Translations under genes and position numbers: made by a program | Shown: one piece after another, positions 61,555 to 64,000 of the stretch | Position numbering within the stretch: the stretch's first letter is position 1 | Layout of the letters: every line of letters starts with the position of its first letter | Notes under the pieces: generated by a model | Told to the model about the DNA's origin: nothing | Database searches by the model: none | Seen by the model: the letters and a program-made list of their open reading frames with translations, nothing else | Assembly: GCA_963744145.1 (NCBI GenBank) | Contig: CAVUSO010000001.1 | Location: 1-64,000 of the forward strand | Length of the DNA stretch: 64,000 nt | Direction of reading: 5' to 3' | Source of the DNA: an uncultured cyanobacterium | GTDB taxonomy: Bacteria > Cyanobacteriota > Cyanobacteriia > Cyanobacteriales > CAWUOF01

Positions 61555-61750
61555 ACTGGATTACCCCCATTAAATCTTGCTATGATTACTTTTTTAAAAT
61601 TATGGCACCAAAATTTCCAGGAATGAACCCTGATTAGCGAATATCCGGCTTGATGGTCAGAAGTCCACTATGGGCTAATTGCTGGACTCGCGCGATCGCC
61701 GGAGTGAAACGATTGAGCCTAATATTTAATCAGAACATTGCCAACAGTAC

Positions 61751-64000
61751 CTAAAACAGCACAAAATTAGCAGCAGTTAGATTACTGGCTGACAATCCAT
61801 ATATTGTAGATAAAAGTTGTCCAGTCGCGGTGACAGTAATATTAGTATTAGAGCCATTACCAGTAATTGTGAGTTGATTGAAAGTTAACCCACCCGATAG
61901 TCCCAAGAAATCTCGACCGGGTTGAAAATTGATGATATTAGAAACACCTTTATTAATCGCAAAGGTGTCATTACCAATCCCACCGATTAAGGTATCATTA
62001 CCCAGGTCACCACTCAAGAAATCACTTCCAGTTCCAGCATAGATAATATCGTTACCTTGACCACCAAAGATAGTATTATTACCAGTACCACCATAGATGA
62101 CATCATTACCTTGATTACCGTAGAGTAAACTATTACCGGAACCACCATAAATCGTATCTGCTCCCGACCCTCCTAAAATCTTGTCGTTACCAATTCCACC
62201 ATAAATCAAGTCGTTTCCTAAGTCTCCTGACAGGTAATCATTCCCTGTACCACCAACGAGAGTGTCATCACCTTTCCCACCAAACATGGTGTTATTTCCT
62301 ACTCCTCCATAGAGGATGTCATTGTCTTGATTTCCGTAGAGGAAATTATTTCCTGAGTCTGCAAATAGGGTATCGCTTCCAGAACCACCGAGAATGGTGT
62401 CGTTCCCTTGACCACCATAGATCAGGTCATTCCCTAAGTCTCCAGATAGATAGTCATTCCCTTGATTCCCATAGAGAATATCGTTCCCTTGACCACCATA
62501 AAGAATGTCATTACCTAGACCACCAAATAAGGTATCGTTACCTTGATTTCCATAGATGACATCGTTACCATTACCACCGTAAATTAAATCATTTCCTGCT
62601 AAAGGAAAGGCAATATTAATTCCGGATGGTAAGGTGGCTACATCATCATTAGCGGTGAAATAGATGGCATTATCGATCGCCACGGTGTTACCATAAACCC
62701 CATTACTATAAATCCCATTACTAAAAGTTGATTGGTTGCCAGAAAAAGTAGTATTAGTAATATTGAGAGAGGTAGGATTTATCAATTGCAATCCACCTCC
62801 TTGATTAGTAGTAGTATTATTAGTAATAGTGCTATTTTGAATAGTCACGTTATTATTATTGTATCCGTAAATTCCACCACTAGCACTGGAACTTGAATTA
62901 TTAGTAATGGTAGTATTTTGAATAGTTACTGCTCCCTGATTGAAACTCGTTGGACCGACGTAACCGTGATTACTATCGATGCGACTATTAGTAATTAAAG
63001 TATTAGTTTTATAGGTATCTATTATGCTACTATTAAGAGCAAAATTGTTGGTAAATACAGAATTATTAATGGTTAAACTTGATTGCTGGTCAGTAGCAAT
63101 GCAGCAATAATTATTAGTAAATGTACTATTAATAATGCTAGTCTGACCACCACCACTACTAGCAATTAATGGCAGGTTATAGTCAATGCGATTGTTAATA
63201 AGCTGACAGTTTTGAATTGTAAAATTATTGCCACCGATAAAACCACGGGAATTAGTAATAGTCAGATTGTTAGCAGTAAAATTGATGTTTGATTGCACAG
63301 AAAAAATAAAGTCCGCATTATTACTTAAGGTAACTAATCCACCCCCATCAATGGTTGTATTAGCCGCGATCGCGATCTTACTCAGAGTAAGAGTTACAGG
63401 TGCTCCACCACTATTAAAAGTTACATTACCACCACCTACTAATGCAGCTCGTAATGCTGCTTCGGTGATACTTTGTGGTGTCCCATTCCCAACTACACCA
63501 GCAGCGACAAATTGATATTGTTTTCTGGTTGCTAATGTAAAAGCTAAAGGGGATTTAACTTTACCTATTCTTAACCCTAAATCCCAATTACCACCTTGGT
63601 CTGCACTACCTGTTAAATTAGTAGAAGCAGCGATATTTGTTTGGGTTATTTCACTGAGCTTTTTTACAAATGCTCTACCTATTCCTTGTCCTATTTTACA
63701 ACCATAAAGGAATAGCTCTCCATGGTTAACCAGATAATTTTGCCAACTACTTAAGTATAGATAGTATTTAGTTAATGTGTCTAAAGTAAGTTCAGTATTA
63801 CCTAAATAAATACAACCAGGACTACCGTGGGAAAAAATATGGAGTGAGGTGACTTTTCCTTGAGTATGAGCAAAGTTGGCTAATTCCCGAGTAATTTGCT
63901 CGATCCCATCTTGGTGACGATCGAGAATAATCACAGAAGTGTTGGGTAAAATCCCTGTAGCTAGAACGGGAATATCATCGATCGCACCATCAATGAATAA
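61751..64000 (-). CDS. DUF4347 + beta-helix + RTX exoprotein (paralog D), 5'-partial
   Basis: Same architecture; DUF4347 homology ([12 protein letters not shown]) continues to the window edge. Confidence 0.9.
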   Translation of the reverse strand, partial: LFIDGAIDDIPVLATGILPNTSVIILDRHQDGIEQITRELANFAHTQGKVTSLHIFSHGSPGCIYLGNTELTLDTLTKYYLYLSSWQNYLVNHGELFLYGCKIGQGIGRAFVKKLSEITQTNIAASTNLTGSADQGGNWDLGLRIGKVKSPLAFTLATRKQYQFVAAGVVGNGTPQSITEAALRAALVGGGNVTFNSGGAPVTLTLSKIAIAANTTIDGGGLVTLSNNADFIFSVQSNINFTANNLTITNSRGFIGGNNFTIQNCQLINNRIDYNLPLIASSGGGQTSIINSTFTNNYCCIATDQQSSLTINNSVFTNNFALNSSIIDTYKTNTLITNSRIDSNHGYVGPTSFNQGAVTIQNTTITNNSSSSASGGIYGYNNNNVTIQNSTITNNTTTNQGGGLQLINPTSLNITNTTFSGNQSTFSNGIYSNGVYGNTVAIDNAIYFTANDDVATLPSGINIAFPLAGNDLIYGGNGNDVIYGNQGNDTLFGGLGNDILYGGQGNDILYGNQGNDYLSGDLGNDLIYGGQGNDTILGGSGSDTLFADSGNNFLYGNQDNDILYGGVGNNTMFGGKGDDTLVGGTGNDYLSGDLGNDLIYGGIGNDKILGGSGADTIYGGSGNSLLYGNQGNDVIYGGTGNNTIFGGQGNDIIYAGTGSDFLSGDLGNDTLIGGIGNDTFAINKGVSNIINFQPGRDFLGLSGGLTFNQLTITGNGSNTNITVTATGQLLSTIYGLSASNLTAANFVLF

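Larger units (their letters stand above)
1..64000. repeat. HIP1 octamer GCGATCGC dispersed throughout
   Basis: Very frequent in coding and intergenic DNA; a hallmark of many cyanobacteria. Confidence 0.95.

Noticed and set aside
1-64000. tRNA or rRNA genes
   Set aside because: None recognised by eye.

Overview
AT-rich cyanobacterial DNA, judged from dense HIP1 GCGATCGC sites and from XisI, Uma2, DUF928, DUF29 and DUF4347 genes. Bases 1-27.3 kb hold a tandem, rapidly evolving locus with four TPR-CHAT (caspase-clan protease) genes plus a deletion remnant; the three whose 5' ends are in the window have predicted signal peptides. Their TPR arrays are built from near-identical 120-bp units (>=7, 1, 8 and 16 copies) that vary mainly at a few codon slots on the TPR ligand-binding face. 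Two of the genes are followed by a duplicated 4.3-kb cassette: secreted repeat peptide, Pro/Tyr-rich protein, receiver-less LuxR and CHASE2 histidine kinase, with DUF928 after the first copy. The two copies differ almost only by amino-acid-changing substitutions in the secreted or extracellular parts. TA modules, xisI, Rpn and Uma2 genes, MITEs and IS remnants sit between the units, often at HIP1 junctions. Bases 32-43.6 kb carry three filamentous-hemagglutinin-domain proteins, a fifth TPR-CHAT and a second DUF928. Bases 43.7-48 kb are housekeeping (GGR family, frr, pyrH, redoxin, speB). Next come a GC-rich cdh gene, an intact IS1634 nested in an ISL3-like MITE, and four tandem DUF4347/beta-helix/RTX paralogs with variable cores. 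The best candidate for a new system is a polymorphic extracytoplasmic TPR-CHAT protease / peptide / CHASE2 signalling module; its function is inference. Several single-base indels may be consensus errors.
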